DNA of 64,000 nt from an uncultured Actinomycetota bacterium (GCA_963737375.1 CAVTSP010000028.1:97090-161089), one strand, 5' to 3'; numbered from the stretch's first letter, positions 1 to 22,424 are shown. The notes: generated by a model from the sequence alone, not told the origin. Made by a program: numbers and translations.

Positions 1-507
1 GACGCCGACGCGGGGCCCCGATAGTGCATCGACGGCGTCGTTGAGCTCGAGGCGCACCGGACTGCTCGCATCGAACAGGTCAATTCCATTGTCGGCCATG
101 GTGATTCCCACCGCAGCGCAGAGGTTTCCCGGTCCGCGTGCCACGGCCCGGGGCCGGATCGACGCGCCGCGTCGGGCCAAGGCGACGTCCAGTCCGGTTT
201 CGACGGCCGCGGCGCGAAGCAGGACGGCTGCCGCGACACCGTCGGTTGCACACACGACGTTCGCGCAGACATGGATGCCGTGGCTGAGGTAGGCGTAGAG
301 CCGCCCGGGCGGACCGAACATCACGCCGCTGCGCCCGGTGACGCCGCGGTAGGAGTGAGCCGCGGCGTCCGGCCACGGTCCGTCGGGCACCCCGCCGTAC
401 GCCTCTACCTCGACGATCATCGCGCTGACGCCGCGACCGGTGAGGGTGGCGCCGAGGAGTCGATGCGCCGCTTCGACCGGGTCGACCGCAAGTTGGTCCG
501 CGCCCAC
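1..507 (-). CDS. mpg: DNA-3-methyladenine glycosylase (AAG/Mpg family), C-terminal end cut by the window edge
   Basis: Absent from the ORF track because it has no stop inside the window. Hand translation of the reverse strand from GTG (507..505) gives [86 protein letters not shown]... It carries the family-typical EVEAYxG, AxHSYRG, MFGPPGxxY and HxCxNVV blocks and is open to position 1. Confidence 0.75.
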   Translation of the reverse strand, partial: MGADQLAVDPVEAAHRLLGATLTGRGVSAMIVEVEAYGGVPDGPWPDAAAHSYRGVTGRSGVMFGPPGRLYAYLSHGIHVCANVVCATDGVAAAVLLRAAAVETGLDVALARRGASIRPRAVARGPGNLCAAVGITMADNGIDLFDASSPVRLELNDAVDALSGPRVGV

Positions 508-530
508 CGGGCAGATTCTGCCTTCATCTC

Positions 531-1319
531 TTGACAGGCCTCGCGGCGGGGGCGGATATTCATCAAATGATGACTTCATCGAGCGATGAATTCTTGCCGC
601 ACCGCCATGAGGTGGCAATCGACATCAACCAGCTACGGGTGATTCGCGGCGGTCGGCCGGCCCTGGACGACTTCTCGGTGCGGGTCGCCCGCGGCACTAT
701 CACCGGTCTTCTCGGCCCGTCCGGCTGCGGGAAGACCACCTTGATCCGCAGCATCGTCGGAACCCAGCGCATCACGTCGGGCAGCGTGCAGGTGCTGGGT
801 CTGCCTGCGGGATCGCCGTCGCTGCGCCAGCGGATCGGATACGTGCCGCAGAATCCGACGATCTACGACGACTTGCGGGTCGTCGACAACATTCGGTATT
901 TCGCAGCGCTCTACGGATTTGACCGGCAGGCCGCGGAATCCGCGGTTGGCCGGGTTGGCCTCGCTGACCACGCCACCGCCTACTGCGGCAACCTGTCTGG
1001 CGGTCAGCGCACCAGAGTGTCGCTGGCCTGTGCCCTGGTCTGTCAGCCGGAACTGCTGGTCCTCGACGAGCCGACCGTGGGCTTGGACCCGGTATTGCGC
1101 GCAGATCTGTGGGAGCAGTTCACCGACCTCGCTCGCGGCGGGACCACGCTGCTGGTGTCGAGCCATGTGATGGACGAAGCCGACCACTGCGGTGACCTGT
1201 TGCTCATGCGCGAGGGTCATCTCGTTGCGCACACCACCCCGACCCAACTACGAGAGGACACTCGATGCAGGTCGCTGGAGGACGCGTTCTTGTCGATGAT
1301 CACGCGCCAAGCCGGGTAG
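531..1319 (+). CDS. ABC transporter ATP-binding protein (Rv1687c-like)
   Basis: Walker [13 protein letters not shown] signature [12 protein letters not shown], Walker [10 protein letters not shown]-loop SSHVM. TTG 531 is the longest start; ATG-ATG at 567 is equally plausible. Confidence 0.9.
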   Translation: MTGLAAGADIHQMMTSSSDEFLPHRHEVAIDINQLRVIRGGRPALDDFSVRVARGTITGLLGPSGCGKTTLIRSIVGTQRITSGSVQVLGLPAGSPSLRQRIGYVPQNPTIYDDLRVVDNIRYFAALYGFDRQAAESAVGRVGLADHATAYCGNLSGGQRTRVSLACALVCQPELLVLDEPTVGLDPVLRADLWEQFTDLARGGTTLLVSSHVMDEADHCGDLLLMREGHLVAHTTPTQLREDTRCRSLEDAFLSMITRQAG

Positions 1320-2083
1320 GCCTGCAACGTCAGCTGAAACCGTTTGTCGCCACTACTTTTCGGATTCTGCGCCAGCTGGCCGCCGACCCCCGAAGCATTG
1401 CGATGATCGTCTTCGTGCCGGTTCTGGTGATCACGCTGATGTACTTCATGTTCGAGAACGCTCCTCACCGGCCGGGTGGGCCAACGCCGTTCAACAATGC
1501 GTGTTTGATTCTGCTGGGCCTGTTTCCGCTGTTCTTGATGTTCATCATCACGTCGATCACCATGCAGCGCGAACGGGCATCGGGAACGTTGGAGCGCATC
1601 CTGACCACCCCACTGCGCCGGCTCGACCTGTTGATCGCTTACGGCACCGCGTTTTCGATCGCTGCCGCCGCGCAGGCCACCTTGGCGTGTGGGGTCTCGT
1701 TCTGGTTACTGGGCTTCGACACCGCCGGCAGTCCCCTGTGGGTGTTCGTGATCGCGATCGTGAACGCGGTGCTCGGGGTCGGTCTGGGATTGTTGTGTAG
1801 TGCGTTCGCGCGGACGGAGTTTCAGGCCGTGCAATTCATCCCGTTGGTGATGGTGCCGCAACTACTGCTGGCGGGCATCATCGCGCCGCGAGCGCTGATG
1901 CCGTCCTGGCTGGAATGGGTCAGCAATGTCTTGCCGGCCAGCTATGCGCTGGAAGCGCTGCAACAAGTGGGCACCCATACCGAGTTGACCGGCGTTGCCG
2001 TCCGTGACATTGCGATCGTGCTGGGCTTTGCCGTCGCGGCACTGTGCCTGGCCGCGGCGACACTGCGACGGCAGACGCCGTGA
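1265..2083 (+). CDS. ABC-2 type transporter permease
   Basis: Several hydrophobic helices (IAMIVFVPVLVITLMYF, CLILLGLFPLFLMFIITSI, WVFVIAIVNAVLGVGLGLLC, IAIVLGFAVAALCLAAA) directly downstream of the ATPase. Start is uncertain: 1265 overlaps the ATPase by 55 nt, and the next ATG is at 1403. Confidence 0.8.
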   Translation: MQVAGGRVLVDDHAPSRVGLQRQLKPFVATTFRILRQLAADPRSIAMIVFVPVLVITLMYFMFENAPHRPGGPTPFNNACLILLGLFPLFLMFIITSITMQRERASGTLERILTTPLRRLDLLIAYGTAFSIAAAAQATLACGVSFWLLGFDTAGSPLWVFVIAIVNAVLGVGLGLLCSAFARTEFQAVQFIPLVMVPQLLLAGIIAPRALMPSWLEWVSNVLPASYALEALQQVGTHTELTGVAVRDIAIVLGFAVAALCLAAATLRRQTP

Positions 2084-2703
2084 CGGCAGCCAACTCCGGA
2101 CGCAAGAAGCCCGGCCGGCCCGCAGGCAGCTCGAACACCCGGGACCGCATTCTTGAATCCGCTCGAGAATTGTTCGCCCGCAATGGGATCAACAACACTT
2201 CGGTCCGCGCCGTGGCCGCCGCCGCCGATGTCGATTCAGCGTTGGTGCATCACTATTTCGGCACCAAGGAAAAGTTGTTCGCCGCGGCCGTCCACATCCC
2301 GATCGATCCGATGGACGTGATCGGGCCGCTACGCGAAGTGCCCATCGATGAACTCGGTCATCGAATTCCGTCAATTTTGTTGCCGTTGTGGGACTCCGAG
2401 ATAGGCGTTGCGTTCATCGCCACGTTGCGGTCGATCCTGGCCGGCTCTGAGGTCAACTTGTTCCGAACGTTCATCCAGGACGTGATCGCGGTTGAAGTGG
2501 GCGCCCGCGTCGATGATCCGCCCGGCAGCGGCATTGTCCGGATCCAGTTCGTCGCGTCGCAATTGGTGGGCATCGTGATGGCGCGCTACATCTTGCAGTT
2601 GGAGCCCTTTGCGTCGCTGCCCGCGCAGCAGATCGCGGACACCATCGCGCCGAACCTGCAGCGCTACCTCACTGGGGATTTGCCGGAGTTGCCTGCGCGA
2701 TGA
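2080..2703 (+). CDS. TetR family transcriptional regulator
   Basis: N-terminal HTH block RDRILESARELFARNGINNTSVRAVAAAADVDSALVHHYFGTKEKLF. I prefer GTG 2080 because it overlaps the permease stop (GTGA, 2080..2083). The longest ORF starts at 2044. Confidence 0.85.
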   Translation: MTAANSGRKKPGRPAGSSNTRDRILESARELFARNGINNTSVRAVAAAADVDSALVHHYFGTKEKLFAAAVHIPIDPMDVIGPLREVPIDELGHRIPSILLPLWDSEIGVAFIATLRSILAGSEVNLFRTFIQDVIAVEVGARVDDPPGSGIVRIQFVASQLVGIVMARYILQLEPFASLPAQQIADTIAPNLQRYLTGDLPELPAR

Positions 2704-2893
2704 GCTGCGCATGCTCGTCGTCGTCCACGTCGACCGCTTCGTCGACCAGCAACACCGGGATGCCGTCCTCAATGCGGTAGGCCCGCCGCAGCCGTGGGTT
2801 GTACAACACGGAATCGCTGCCCCTGTCCACCAACAACAGCGGGCCCCGATCGGCCGGGCATACCAGGATGCCCAGCAGCGCCTCGTCAATCAC
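2669..2893 (-). CDS. Trm112-family small protein (Rv1684-like)
   Basis: 74 aa with LLGILVCPxxxGPL...L.....RRAYRIEDGIPVLLVDEA, typical of the Trm112/UPF0434 family. The GTG start overlaps the upstream stop (GTGA 2890..2893). Confidence 0.75.
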   Translation of the reverse strand: MIDEALLGILVCPADRGPLLLVDRGSDSVLYNPRLRRAYRIEDGIPVLLVDEAVDVDDDEHAQLIAQATPANPQ

Positions 2894-5800
2894 GTTTGCT
2901 CCAAAAGTCGATGGGCACCAGACAATTCCGCTCGCGCAGGTCCGGTCAACCGTCGGAACTGATTCGCGTCGGCGTCGAACACCCAGGCGTGCCGTCCAGC
3001 CTTCGGGATCCCGGCTGCGCGCAACGCGCTGACTATCGGACGGTAGGTCGCGCTGAGCTTCAGCTCCGGGACCACGAACACGATGTCGGGGCCAAGCCCG
3101 AACGGCATGGCAGCGACTGCCTCGGTGAGATCAGCCGCCGTGATCGTCGCTCCCGGCCTCGTTGTCACCGCGGTCACCGCGACCTGGTGTCCGTCCATCG
3201 ACACCCCGTAGGTCACCGCGAGGTCGACCGCCGGAATCAACCCGAGCGCATCGGTGATCGGATCACAGAACACGACACCGCGTTCGGTGTTTACGGTCGA
3301 ACCGCGCCTGCCCACCAACCAGAAGTCGCCGTCGGCGTCGCGGCGGAACAAGTACTCGGTAGAGATCCACGTGTCGGCGGGACCGAAAACGCCTCGTTTC
3401 ACCGATGCTGTCGGATCGATCGGTCCACGCGGCTCGGCGAGCAACACACCGACTTCGTTCGCATCCGGGACGCGGACCAGCCCGCGTTCGTTCTCCAGGA
3501 TCAGATCGTGCTCGGCGTCATAGGCGCCCAGTTCGACCCGTCCCGCCCCCGGCAACGGCCGGCCCTTGCTGCCGATCTTGGCGCCGGACACATTGGCCAG
3601 GACGGCATGTCCGTCGGTGGTCGCAAAGAACTCGACGACATTCGCGGGCGAAAAGACATCGACAATCCGCTGCCATACACCGGTCGGCATACCCGAGCCG
3701 ATGAACAGCCGCACCGGGTGAGCGCCGTGTAGTGCGAACGCCGGGTCGTCGATGACGTCGCGTAGCAGGGCCCATGTGTAGGAGACGACGGTGACGCCGT
3801 ACTGGTGTAGCTCGGCCACGAACCGCTCCGGCTTCAGCCCTCGGGACAACGCGATCCTGGTCCCGCCGACGACCGCACCGCCGAGGCTGACGAGCAGCCC
3901 GGACTCGTGGTGCAGCGGTGTCAGGCAATACACCGTGTCGGTGCGGCCCAGGGCGGCCGCCGAGGCGGTACCGAAGGCGGACAGTGCCCACCGGTAATTG
4001 GTGATCTGCTTGGCGACGAGTTGTCCGCTGGCGGTGCTGAAGCCGATGAAGGCGATATCCCGCGCGTAGCCCGGGTTGGGCCGGTACCACGCCGGGGGTT
4101 CGACGGCGTCGGGGTCGATCTTCTCCATGTCGATGACGTTGGCATCGTCGGCCAGGTGCAGGTCGCGGGATTCACCGCCACCGAGGACCAGGATTTGTGC
4201 GGGTAGTTGCCGCGCAGTTTCGAGATTGGCGGGGTCGGTGATGATTTCGCTCACTCCCCCGAGCCGCACCTGTCCAGGCAGGTCGGCGTCGGGTTGCAGC
4301 AGGACCGCGACGGCACCGAGGCGCGACAGCGCGGCGATGGCGACCAGTGCGCTCGGCCGGGTCTCCATCAGCACGCCGACGTGCTCGCCCTGGCGAACAC
4401 CGACTGCGATCAAGCCGCGTACGACGTTGTCGATACGGCGGTTCACCGCCTCATAGGTGTGGACCCGACCGTCAAAGAGCAGGAACTCGCCGTTGGGGGC
4501 ATCGTGCGCCTGCTCCCCGATGATGCGGCCCAGCGAGATCCGGGTGTGGTCGTTGATCTGGCCCAACCGGGCCAGTCGAGGCAGTGTCCGGACGGTTTCG
4601 ACGGCCAGCGTCCGCATGGACTTGTTCGCGGCGAAGACAGCGTCAGCGGCTCCGCGGGCGAGAGTCAGCGCCACCTCGGATGCCTCGCCGAGGCCGTGCA
4701 TCATCCGCGAACTGAGCGCGACGCCGCGGTCGTCGGATTCGGTAGGCTGATCCGCCATCGGGAAGATGTCGGTGGGCTTCTCGCCGTTTCCGGAAAGCCA
4801 CAGCGCCCAATCGGCGACAGTCGGCCACGACTCCTGCGCTGCTCTGGATCCGACGACTAGACCGAAATGACCTGTCCGGATGAGATATTCGTAGACCTCG
4901 GCATTGGGCGCAGCGCGCCGGATACCCCGCACCGCGGCCGGCTGACCGATGTCGTCGACCTCGCCGACGAAAGCCAGCACAGGACAGGTGATATCGGTCA
5001 GCGTCACCAGTTGTCCGTTGATCGCGAAACCACCGGTCATCATCCGGTTGTGCGCGATGAATTGCTTGAGAAGTTCGGAGATGGCCGGCCCGGACCAGGC
5101 GATCCAGCCCTCCGACTCCAGGAATCGGCGCTGGGCCTCGCGTGGCAGCAATGCTTCACGGTCGTGAAGTTGGCGCACGAAATCAACCCGCGCTTTGGCG
5201 GTCTTGAGCGGGTCGAGCATCTGAAAGCCAGTGCGCGCCAGCCAACCTGGAATATCGAGCCGGTTGAAGACATGGTCAGCCATGAAATTGGCGATACCGG
5301 GAGCCAAGTTGGGCGGGAGTCCCATCGGCAGCGCCGCCAGGGTGTCCACCGGGGAGCCGAACGTCACGATGCTGGCGATGCTTTTCGAGCGCCGGTAGGC
5401 AGCTGCCTGGTAGCAGAACATCCCACCCTGCGAATAGCCGGTGAGATGCACGTCTTGACCGGTGATATCGGTGATGACGTCGATCGACTCGCTCAGCGCG
5501 ACGATGTGGTCCGCCAGAGTGCGGCGCATTCCGCCTTCGACCTCGTCGGGTGAGCCGAAATCGATGACCCAGGGATCCAGCCCGGCGGCGTGCAGGATGC
5601 CCACCGCGCCGTCCTCACGGGTGACGTCGAACATATTCGCCGACATCATCATCGGGTGCACCAGCAGCACCGGCGGACCTGCCTCAGGGTGCCCCGGGCG
5701 GCTGTCCGGCGGGTAATACCGTCGGAGCTTGTACATCGGCGTGCTCTCGACGGTCTGTGATGGCGATGGGGAGTTGCCGGTCTCGAGCCCGCCGAGTCGT

Positions 5801-5937
5801 AGAACCTCCAAGCCGTTCTGCGCTGTCGCGATCAGACGGTCAAACGGTCGGGTGACCGCTGAAAACTTCAGATCCATGCCGCCGCTCCCTCGAAGACCAA
5901 AATGTGCTGCGCGTGGGCCTGACAGCGAGCACATCAT
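2890..5937 (-). CDS. Bifunctional alpha/beta-hydrolase (lipase/PHA-synthase-like) plus long-chain acyl-CoA synthetase (Rv1683-like)
   Basis: ~1000 aa. The N-terminal half has the nucleophile elbow GYSQGG. The C-terminal half is AMP-binding-like (EFFATTDG, RRDADGDFWLVGRRGSTVNTERG). An alternative start MDLKF at 5877 is likely. Confidence 0.85.
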   Translation of the reverse strand: MMCSLSGPRAAHFGLRGSGGMDLKFSAVTRPFDRLIATAQNGLEVLRLGGLETGNSPSPSQTVESTPMYKLRRYYPPDSRPGHPEAGPPVLLVHPMMMSANMFDVTREDGAVGILHAAGLDPWVIDFGSPDEVEGGMRRTLADHIVALSESIDVITDITGQDVHLTGYSQGGMFCYQAAAYRRSKSIASIVTFGSPVDTLAALPMGLPPNLAPGIANFMADHVFNRLDIPGWLARTGFQMLDPLKTAKARVDFVRQLHDREALLPREAQRRFLESEGWIAWSGPAISELLKQFIAHNRMMTGGFAINGQLVTLTDITCPVLAFVGEVDDIGQPAAVRGIRRAAPNAEVYEYLIRTGHFGLVVGSRAAQESWPTVADWALWLSGNGEKPTDIFPMADQPTESDDRGVALSSRMMHGLGEASEVALTLARGAADAVFAANKSMRTLAVETVRTLPRLARLGQINDHTRISLGRIIGEQAHDAPNGEFLLFDGRVHTYEAVNRRIDNVVRGLIAVGVRQGEHVGVLMETRPSALVAIAALSRLGAVAVLLQPDADLPGQVRLGGVSEIITDPANLETARQLPAQILVLGGGESRDLHLADDANVIDMEKIDPDAVEPPAWYRPNPGYARDIAFIGFSTASGQLVAKQITNYRWALSAFGTASAAALGRTDTVYCLTPLHHESGLLVSLGGAVVGGTRIALSRGLKPERFVAELHQYGVTVVSYTWALLRDVIDDPAFALHGAHPVRLFIGSGMPTGVWQRIVDVFSPANVVEFFATTDGHAVLANVSGAKIGSKGRPLPGAGRVELGAYDAEHDLILENERGLVRVPDANEVGVLLAEPRGPIDPTASVKRGVFGPADTWISTEYLFRRDADGDFWLVGRRGSTVNTERGVVFCDPITDALGLIPAVDLAVTYGVSMDGHQVAVTAVTTRPGATITAADLTEAVAAMPFGLGPDIVFVVPELKLSATYRPIVSALRAAGIPKAGRHAWVFDADANQFRRLTGPARAELSGAHRLLEQT

Positions 5938-6052
5938 GGCACATCGCAGGGGGTGCGCCCGTTACTTTGGTCACGGTGCCGGTCCGTTTCGACCAGCGTA
6001 GTCGTCCGCCTCGAGGGCGCCGGCGGCCCAGCGTACGGCTAGGGTCGGGCCG

Positions 6053-7831
6053 GTGGCACACCTGCTCGGAGCCGAGGCGATACACCTCGAATACCCGGCT
6101 CGGGTCGTCTTCGAATCGACGACGGTCGGGGTCAACGACGGCGATCGCATCGGCATCGTGGGACGCAACGGCGACGGTAAGTCCAGTTTGCTGGGTCTAC
6201 TCACCGGTCAGGTGCGTCCGGATGCCGGACGGGTCACCCAGCGCAGTGGGCTGCGGGTCGGGGCGCTGAGCCAGGTCGACACTCTTGATTCGGACGCCAC
6301 GGTGGGATGGTCAATGGTCGGAGACTCCCCGGACCATGAGTGGGCTGGGGATCCGCGCATCCGCGACGTGGTCAGTGGCCTGGTCTCCGACATCGGCTGG
6401 GACGCGGTGATCGGCACGCTCAGCGGTGGGCAGCGGCGGCGCGTCCAGCTGGCGGGGCTGCTGATCGGCGACTGGGACGTTATCGCGCTGGACGAGCCGA
6501 CCAACCATCTGGACATCGAGGGCATCACCTGGCTGGCGACTCACCTACGTGGTCGCTGGGCCCGCAACACGGGCGGACTGCTGTTGGTGACCCACGACCG
6601 CTGGTTCCTCGACGAGGTGGCGACCGCGACGTGGGAAGTACACGACGGACTCGTGGAGCCGTTCGAGGGCGGCTATGCCGCCTACATCCTGCAGCGGGTC
6701 GAGCGGGACCGGTTGTCCGCCGTCGCCGAATCCAAGCGCCAGAATCTGATGCGCAAGGAGTTGGCCTGGCTGCGCCGCGGTCCCCCGGCCCGGACGTCGA
6801 AGCCTAAGTTCCGTATCGAGGCGGCCAACCAGTTGATTGCCGACGTGCCACCGCTGCGCAATGCCGTCGAGTTGGCCAAACTCGCCACCGCGCGGCTCGG
6901 GAAGGATGTCATCGATCTCCTTGACGTGTCGGTCTCGTTCGACGGTCGACCGGTGCTGCGCGACGTCGAATGGCGGATCGGTCCGGGCGAACGGACCGGC
7001 ATCGTCGGGGCCAACGGAGCCGGGAAATCGACACTGCTGGGACTCATCACCGGTGCCATCCAGCCGGACAGTGGAAGAGTCAAGCGCGGCAAGACAGTTC
7101 GACTCGGGATGCTCGACCAGCGCGGAGTTGAGCTGGAACCGATAGCGAGTGAGCGTATCGCCGATGTCATCGGGCGACTGCGCAGCGGTTACGAGGTCGA
7201 CGGCCGCGATGTCACACCGGCGCAGTTACTGGAGCGGCTGGGTTTCGACGGCGCCCAGTTGTCCGCCCGCGTCAACGAGTTGTCCGGCGGTCAGCGCCGC
7301 CGCCTGCAATTGATGCTGACGGTGCTGGCCGAGCCCAATGTGCTCCTGCTCGACGAGCCGACCAACGATGTCGACACCGACATGCTGGCCGCGACCGAAG
7401 ATCTGCTCGACTCCTGGCCCGGCACGCTGATCGTGGTCTCGCACGACCGCTACCTCCTGGAGCGGGTGACCGACCAGCAGTACGCGATTCTGGACGGGCG
7501 GTTACGGCACCTCCCCGGCGGAGTCGACGAATACCTGCGACTGGCCGCACAGGCGAGCGCGCAGCGCACCGCCCCGGCCGCGGCCAAACCATCCACCTCG
7601 CAAGAGCTCTCGGGTGCCGACCTTCGCGCCGCACAGAAGGAGATCGCCGCTATCGACCGCAGGCTGGCGCGGCTCGCGGAGCACATCGACGCCAAGCATC
7701 GCGAGCTTGCCGATCATGATCAATCCGACCACATCGGCATCACCGGGCTCACTCAGCAATTGCGGGAATTGGAAAGCGACGTTGCCGGCCTGGAAAACCG
7801 GTGGATGGAAATTTCCGAAAATTTGGAATGA
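6053..7831 (+). CDS. ABC-F family ATPase (two tandem ABC domains, no membrane domain, C-terminal coiled coil)
   Basis: Domain 1: GRNGDGKSS, LSGGQRRRVQLA, VIALDEPTNHLD. Domain 2: GANGAGKST, LSGGQRRRLQLM, LLLDEPTNDVD. Charged helical tail AAQKEIAAIDRRLARLAEHIDAKHRELADH. Confidence 0.9.
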   Translation: MAHLLGAEAIHLEYPARVVFESTTVGVNDGDRIGIVGRNGDGKSSLLGLLTGQVRPDAGRVTQRSGLRVGALSQVDTLDSDATVGWSMVGDSPDHEWAGDPRIRDVVSGLVSDIGWDAVIGTLSGGQRRRVQLAGLLIGDWDVIALDEPTNHLDIEGITWLATHLRGRWARNTGGLLLVTHDRWFLDEVATATWEVHDGLVEPFEGGYAAYILQRVERDRLSAVAESKRQNLMRKELAWLRRGPPARTSKPKFRIEAANQLIADVPPLRNAVELAKLATARLGKDVIDLLDVSVSFDGRPVLRDVEWRIGPGERTGIVGANGAGKSTLLGLITGAIQPDSGRVKRGKTVRLGMLDQRGVELEPIASERIADVIGRLRSGYEVDGRDVTPAQLLERLGFDGAQLSARVNELSGGQRRRLQLMLTVLAEPNVLLLDEPTNDVDTDMLAATEDLLDSWPGTLIVVSHDRYLLERVTDQQYAILDGRLRHLPGGVDEYLRLAAQASAQRTAPAAAKPSTSQELSGADLRAAQKEIAAIDRRLARLAEHIDAKHRELADHDQSDHIGITGLTQQLRELESDVAGLENRWMEISENLE

Positions 7832-7910
7832 CTAGGAACTTGACTCCTGCATTAATACTTCACAAATTTGAGATACGAGGGGACGCGTCGCCGCACTGAA
7901 ATGGTTTCGG

Positions 7911-7967
7911 TCACAGCATCTCTCGAAATTGCATCCGCGTGCGGTGATGTCTTTTAAGATGCTGTGA
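7911..7967 (+). terminator. Perfect 11-bp inverted repeat (TCACAGCATCT ... AGATGCTGTGA) enclosing a 35-nt loop, in an AT-rich spacer
   Basis: Arms at 7911..7921 and 7957..7967 are exact reverse complements. The element lies 80 nt after the ABC-F stop and ~30-50 nt before the GGDEF-EAL gene. Its role (terminator or 5'-UTR element) is unresolved. Confidence 0.3.
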
Positions 7968-7994
7968 AGCGAACGTCGCTGTCCAGGCATTTGG

Positions 7995-12928
<4,934 letters not shown>

Positions 12929-12954
12929 GAATTGATCTCCTTTGAGTCGTGCGT

Positions 12955-15562
<2,608 letters not shown>

Positions 15563-15623
15563 TTGGCGCCGCTCCTCTCGGTCCCCTCAGATCGCACTGC
15601 CCTGTTGATCGTCGCCGGCGCAG

Positions 15624-16489
15624 TCATGCGGTCACCACCTTCGTTCCGGACCCTTCGTCAGTGAGCAATTCGACCAGCACGCAGTGCTCGACGCGGCCGT
15701 CGATCACATGTGCGCTCGGCACTCCGGCGTTCACCGCCCGCAGGCAGGCTTCGACCTTGGGGATCATGCCGGTTTCCAGCGTCGGTAAGAGTTGAGTCAA
15801 CGTGGCAGTATCGATTTCGCTGACCAGCGAATCCGGGTCCGGCCACTGGGTGTAAAGACCCTCGACATCGGTGAGCATCAACAGCTTCTCGGCCCCCAGC
15901 GCCTCGGCGAGCGCGCCGGCGGCGGTGTCGGCATTGATGTTGTGAACGACGCCGTCGATGTCGGGGGCCAACGTCGACACCACCGGAATCCGATTGGCGG
16001 CAATCAGATCCAGCACCACGGCGGGATTCACCTGAGCGATGTTGCCGACCAGGCCGATGTCGGTGTCGATCCCGTCGACGCAGACGCTGCGCCGCACGGC
16101 GGTGAACAGGTTGGCGTCTTCGCCGGTGACACCGACCGCATACGGCCCGTGGACGTTGATCAAGTTGACCAGCTCGCGGCCGACCTGACCGAACAACACC
16201 ATCCGGGCCACATCGAGCACTTCGGGTGTGGTGACGCGGAATCCGCCTTTGAAGTCGCCCGCAATGCCCAGGCGTTTGAGCATGGCGCTGATCTGCGGGC
16301 CGCCGCCGTGCACCACAACCGGGTGGATACCGCAGTTGCGCAGAAAAGCCATGTCTGCAGCGAACTCTCGCCGCAGCGTGTCACTGGTCATGGCGTTGCC
16401 GCCGTATTTGACCACCACGATCTTGCCGTGTAGCTGAGTCAGCCACGGCAAGGCCTCGGCCAGCACCTGCGCCTTGATTTCGGTGGAGA

Positions 16490-16493
<4 letters not shown>
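15624..16493 (-). CDS. argB: Acetylglutamate kinase
   Basis: 289 aa, [21 protein letters not shown]. The ATG overlaps the argJ stop (ATGA). Confidence 0.95.
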
Positions 16494-18804
<2,311 letters not shown>

Positions 18805-21290
18805 TCAGCTGCGCAACACCGCGCCGACTTGCTCGTCGGCGCGACGGACCGCCGCATCCCGGGCGGCGCTGGCCTCGTCTTCGGTGAGCGTCCGATCCGT
18901 TGCCCGGAACCGCAGCGCGAAGGTCAGCGACTTGCGGTTCTCCCCGACCTGCGGACCGGTGTAGACGTCGAACAGCCGGACCTCTTCCAGCAATTCCCCC
19001 GCGCCGTCGCGAACGGCGTCCGCGACGGTCTGCGCGGAGATGTCGGCATCGACGACGAGGCTGACGTCCTGGAACACCGCAGGGAACGGGGAAACCCGCG
19101 GTGCCGCAAGCGTCTCGACGATCGGTATCGCGTCGAGGTTCAGTTCGACCGCACAGGTGCCCTTGGGCAGGCTGGATCGCTCGATCACCGCCGGGTGTAA
19201 CTGTCCGGCGTGCCCGACCACGGTCTCGCCGACGAGCACTTCGGCGCAGCGGCCGGGATGCCATGGCAGATACTGAGCGGCCCGCAGTTGCACCTCGATG
19301 CCACTGGCGCGGGCGATGATTCGCACCGCTTCGAATGCGTCGGCGGCGTCGGCTCGCCGCCCATCGCCCCACGGACCGCGTGGCTCCCTCAGCCCGGTCA
19401 GCACGACGGCGACGTGCTGCGGTTGCTGCGGCAACGACGCGTCGAGCGCGGCGATTTCGTCATCGGTGGGCCGACGGTCCACCGGGATGACCGCGACGCC
19501 CTTGGTCTGCTCGGTCGGCTGCACCACCTGTGCCACCGCGAACAATGCGACGTCGACGATGCCGCGAGAGACGTTGCGCGACAACGCCTCCAGCAGTCCG
19601 GGCAACAAGGTTGTCGCCAGATGCGGCCGATCGGCTTCTAGCGGATTGACCACCCGCGTGGTCCGGCGCCGGCTGTCGTCGGCGGGCAGGCCCCAGGCGT
19701 CGAACACCCCCGCCGGCAAAAACGGTGTCGGAAGGATTTCGACGAAACCGGACAGCGCCAACGACTTGCCGATCGCGCGGCGGCGACGCTGAACGGCGGA
19801 CAACCCGCGGCCGGCCGGAGCCGGCGGCAACACCGAAGGAATGACTTCCAGCCCTTCCAGTCGCAGCACCTCTTCGACGAAGTCGGCCGGCTGCAACAAG
19901 TCGGGACGCCAGCTCGGCGGCGTCACGGTCAGTTTGTCGCCGGCTTCGGTCACCGTGGCGCCGATCTGAGTGAGCCGCCGAGTCGTCGTACCCGGGCGGT
20001 AGCTCACCCCTGCCATTCGATCGGGCAGGTCGGCCGCCAGCTGAACCGGCGGAAGCGACCAGTCGTCCCGGGGCGGGTCTCCGCGCCAGTCGGTCAGGGT
20101 CGCCGACACATCGCCGCCGGTGATCTCGGCAAGCAGCGTGGCGCAGCGGTCCAGCGCCGCAACCGAAATCGCGGGATCAATCCCACGCTCGTACCGGCGG
20201 GCGGCTTCGCTGGGCAGGCGTAGCCGACGCGCCGTGCGGGATACCGCAGCCGGCTCCCACACCGCGGCTTCCAGCAACACATCCGTGGAGTCGCCGCGTA
20301 TCTCGGTGCTGCCCGATCCCATCACGCCGGCGATCGCAGCTGTCGCGACATCGTCGACGATCAGTACGTCGGCCGGGTCGAGGGTGCGTTCGATGTCGTC
20401 GAGCGTCTCGACCTTCTCACCGGGGCGGGCGAACCGAACGTCGAAGCCGCCGGTGATCCGGTTGAGGTCATGGGCATGCATCGGATGACCGAGCTCCAGC
20501 ATCACGTAGTTCGTCGCGTCGACGGCCGGCGAAATCGCCCGGATGCCACTGAGCAGCAGCCGGCGCTGTAACCACCACGGCGACACCGCAGCCGGGTCGA
20601 TCTTGGTCACCGGGCGCAGCGCGAACCGGCGTACGCCGGTCTCGGGCTGCACCGCCAGCGGCCAGGCCTCGCCCTCCGCCGGCAGTGCAGGTTCGGCGGC
20701 CGGGTCCACGAAGTCGAGGTCGTATGCGCACGCGATCTCACGGGCCAGTCCGCGCACCGACATGCAGTAGCCCCGGTCGGGGGTGATCGCGAGGTCGAAG
20801 ACCACGTCGTCGAGACCGAGCACCTGTGCCCCGCCTGCGCCCGGCTCGGCCGTTCCCGGCGGCAGCACCAGGATGCCGGAATGATCTGCGGCCAAACCGA
20901 GTTCGGCGGCCGAGCAGATCATCCCGTCGGAGGTATGACCGTAGGTCTTGCGCGCAGTGATGTTGAAGCCACCGGGCAACGTGGTACCGGGCAGCGCCAC
21001 CACCACCAAGTCGCCGACCGCGAAGTTGGTTGCGCCGCAGATGATGTCACGCGGTTGCTGTTCGCCGACATCGACCTTGCAGGCGCGGATCGGCTTCTTG
21101 AATTCGGTGAGCTCCTCGATTGCCGCCACTCGGCCCACAGTCAGCGGACCGTCGACCGGGCCGAGGGTGATGACGTCTTCCACTTCATGGCCGATCCGCA
21201 CCAGGGCCTGCTCGAGATCGTCGGGCGTCACGTCCCATCCGGGCGCTCCGACGCTGACGACGTCCCGCAACCAGCTGTAAGGGATCCGCA

Positions 21291-21291
<1 letters not shown>
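18805..21291 (-). CDS. pheT: Phenylalanine--tRNA ligase beta subunit
   Basis: 828 aa, [12 protein letters not shown]..., tRNA-binding, B3/4, B5 and FDX-ACB layout. The start overlaps the pheS stop (TGATG). Confidence 0.97.
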
Positions 21292-22424
<1,133 letters not shown>

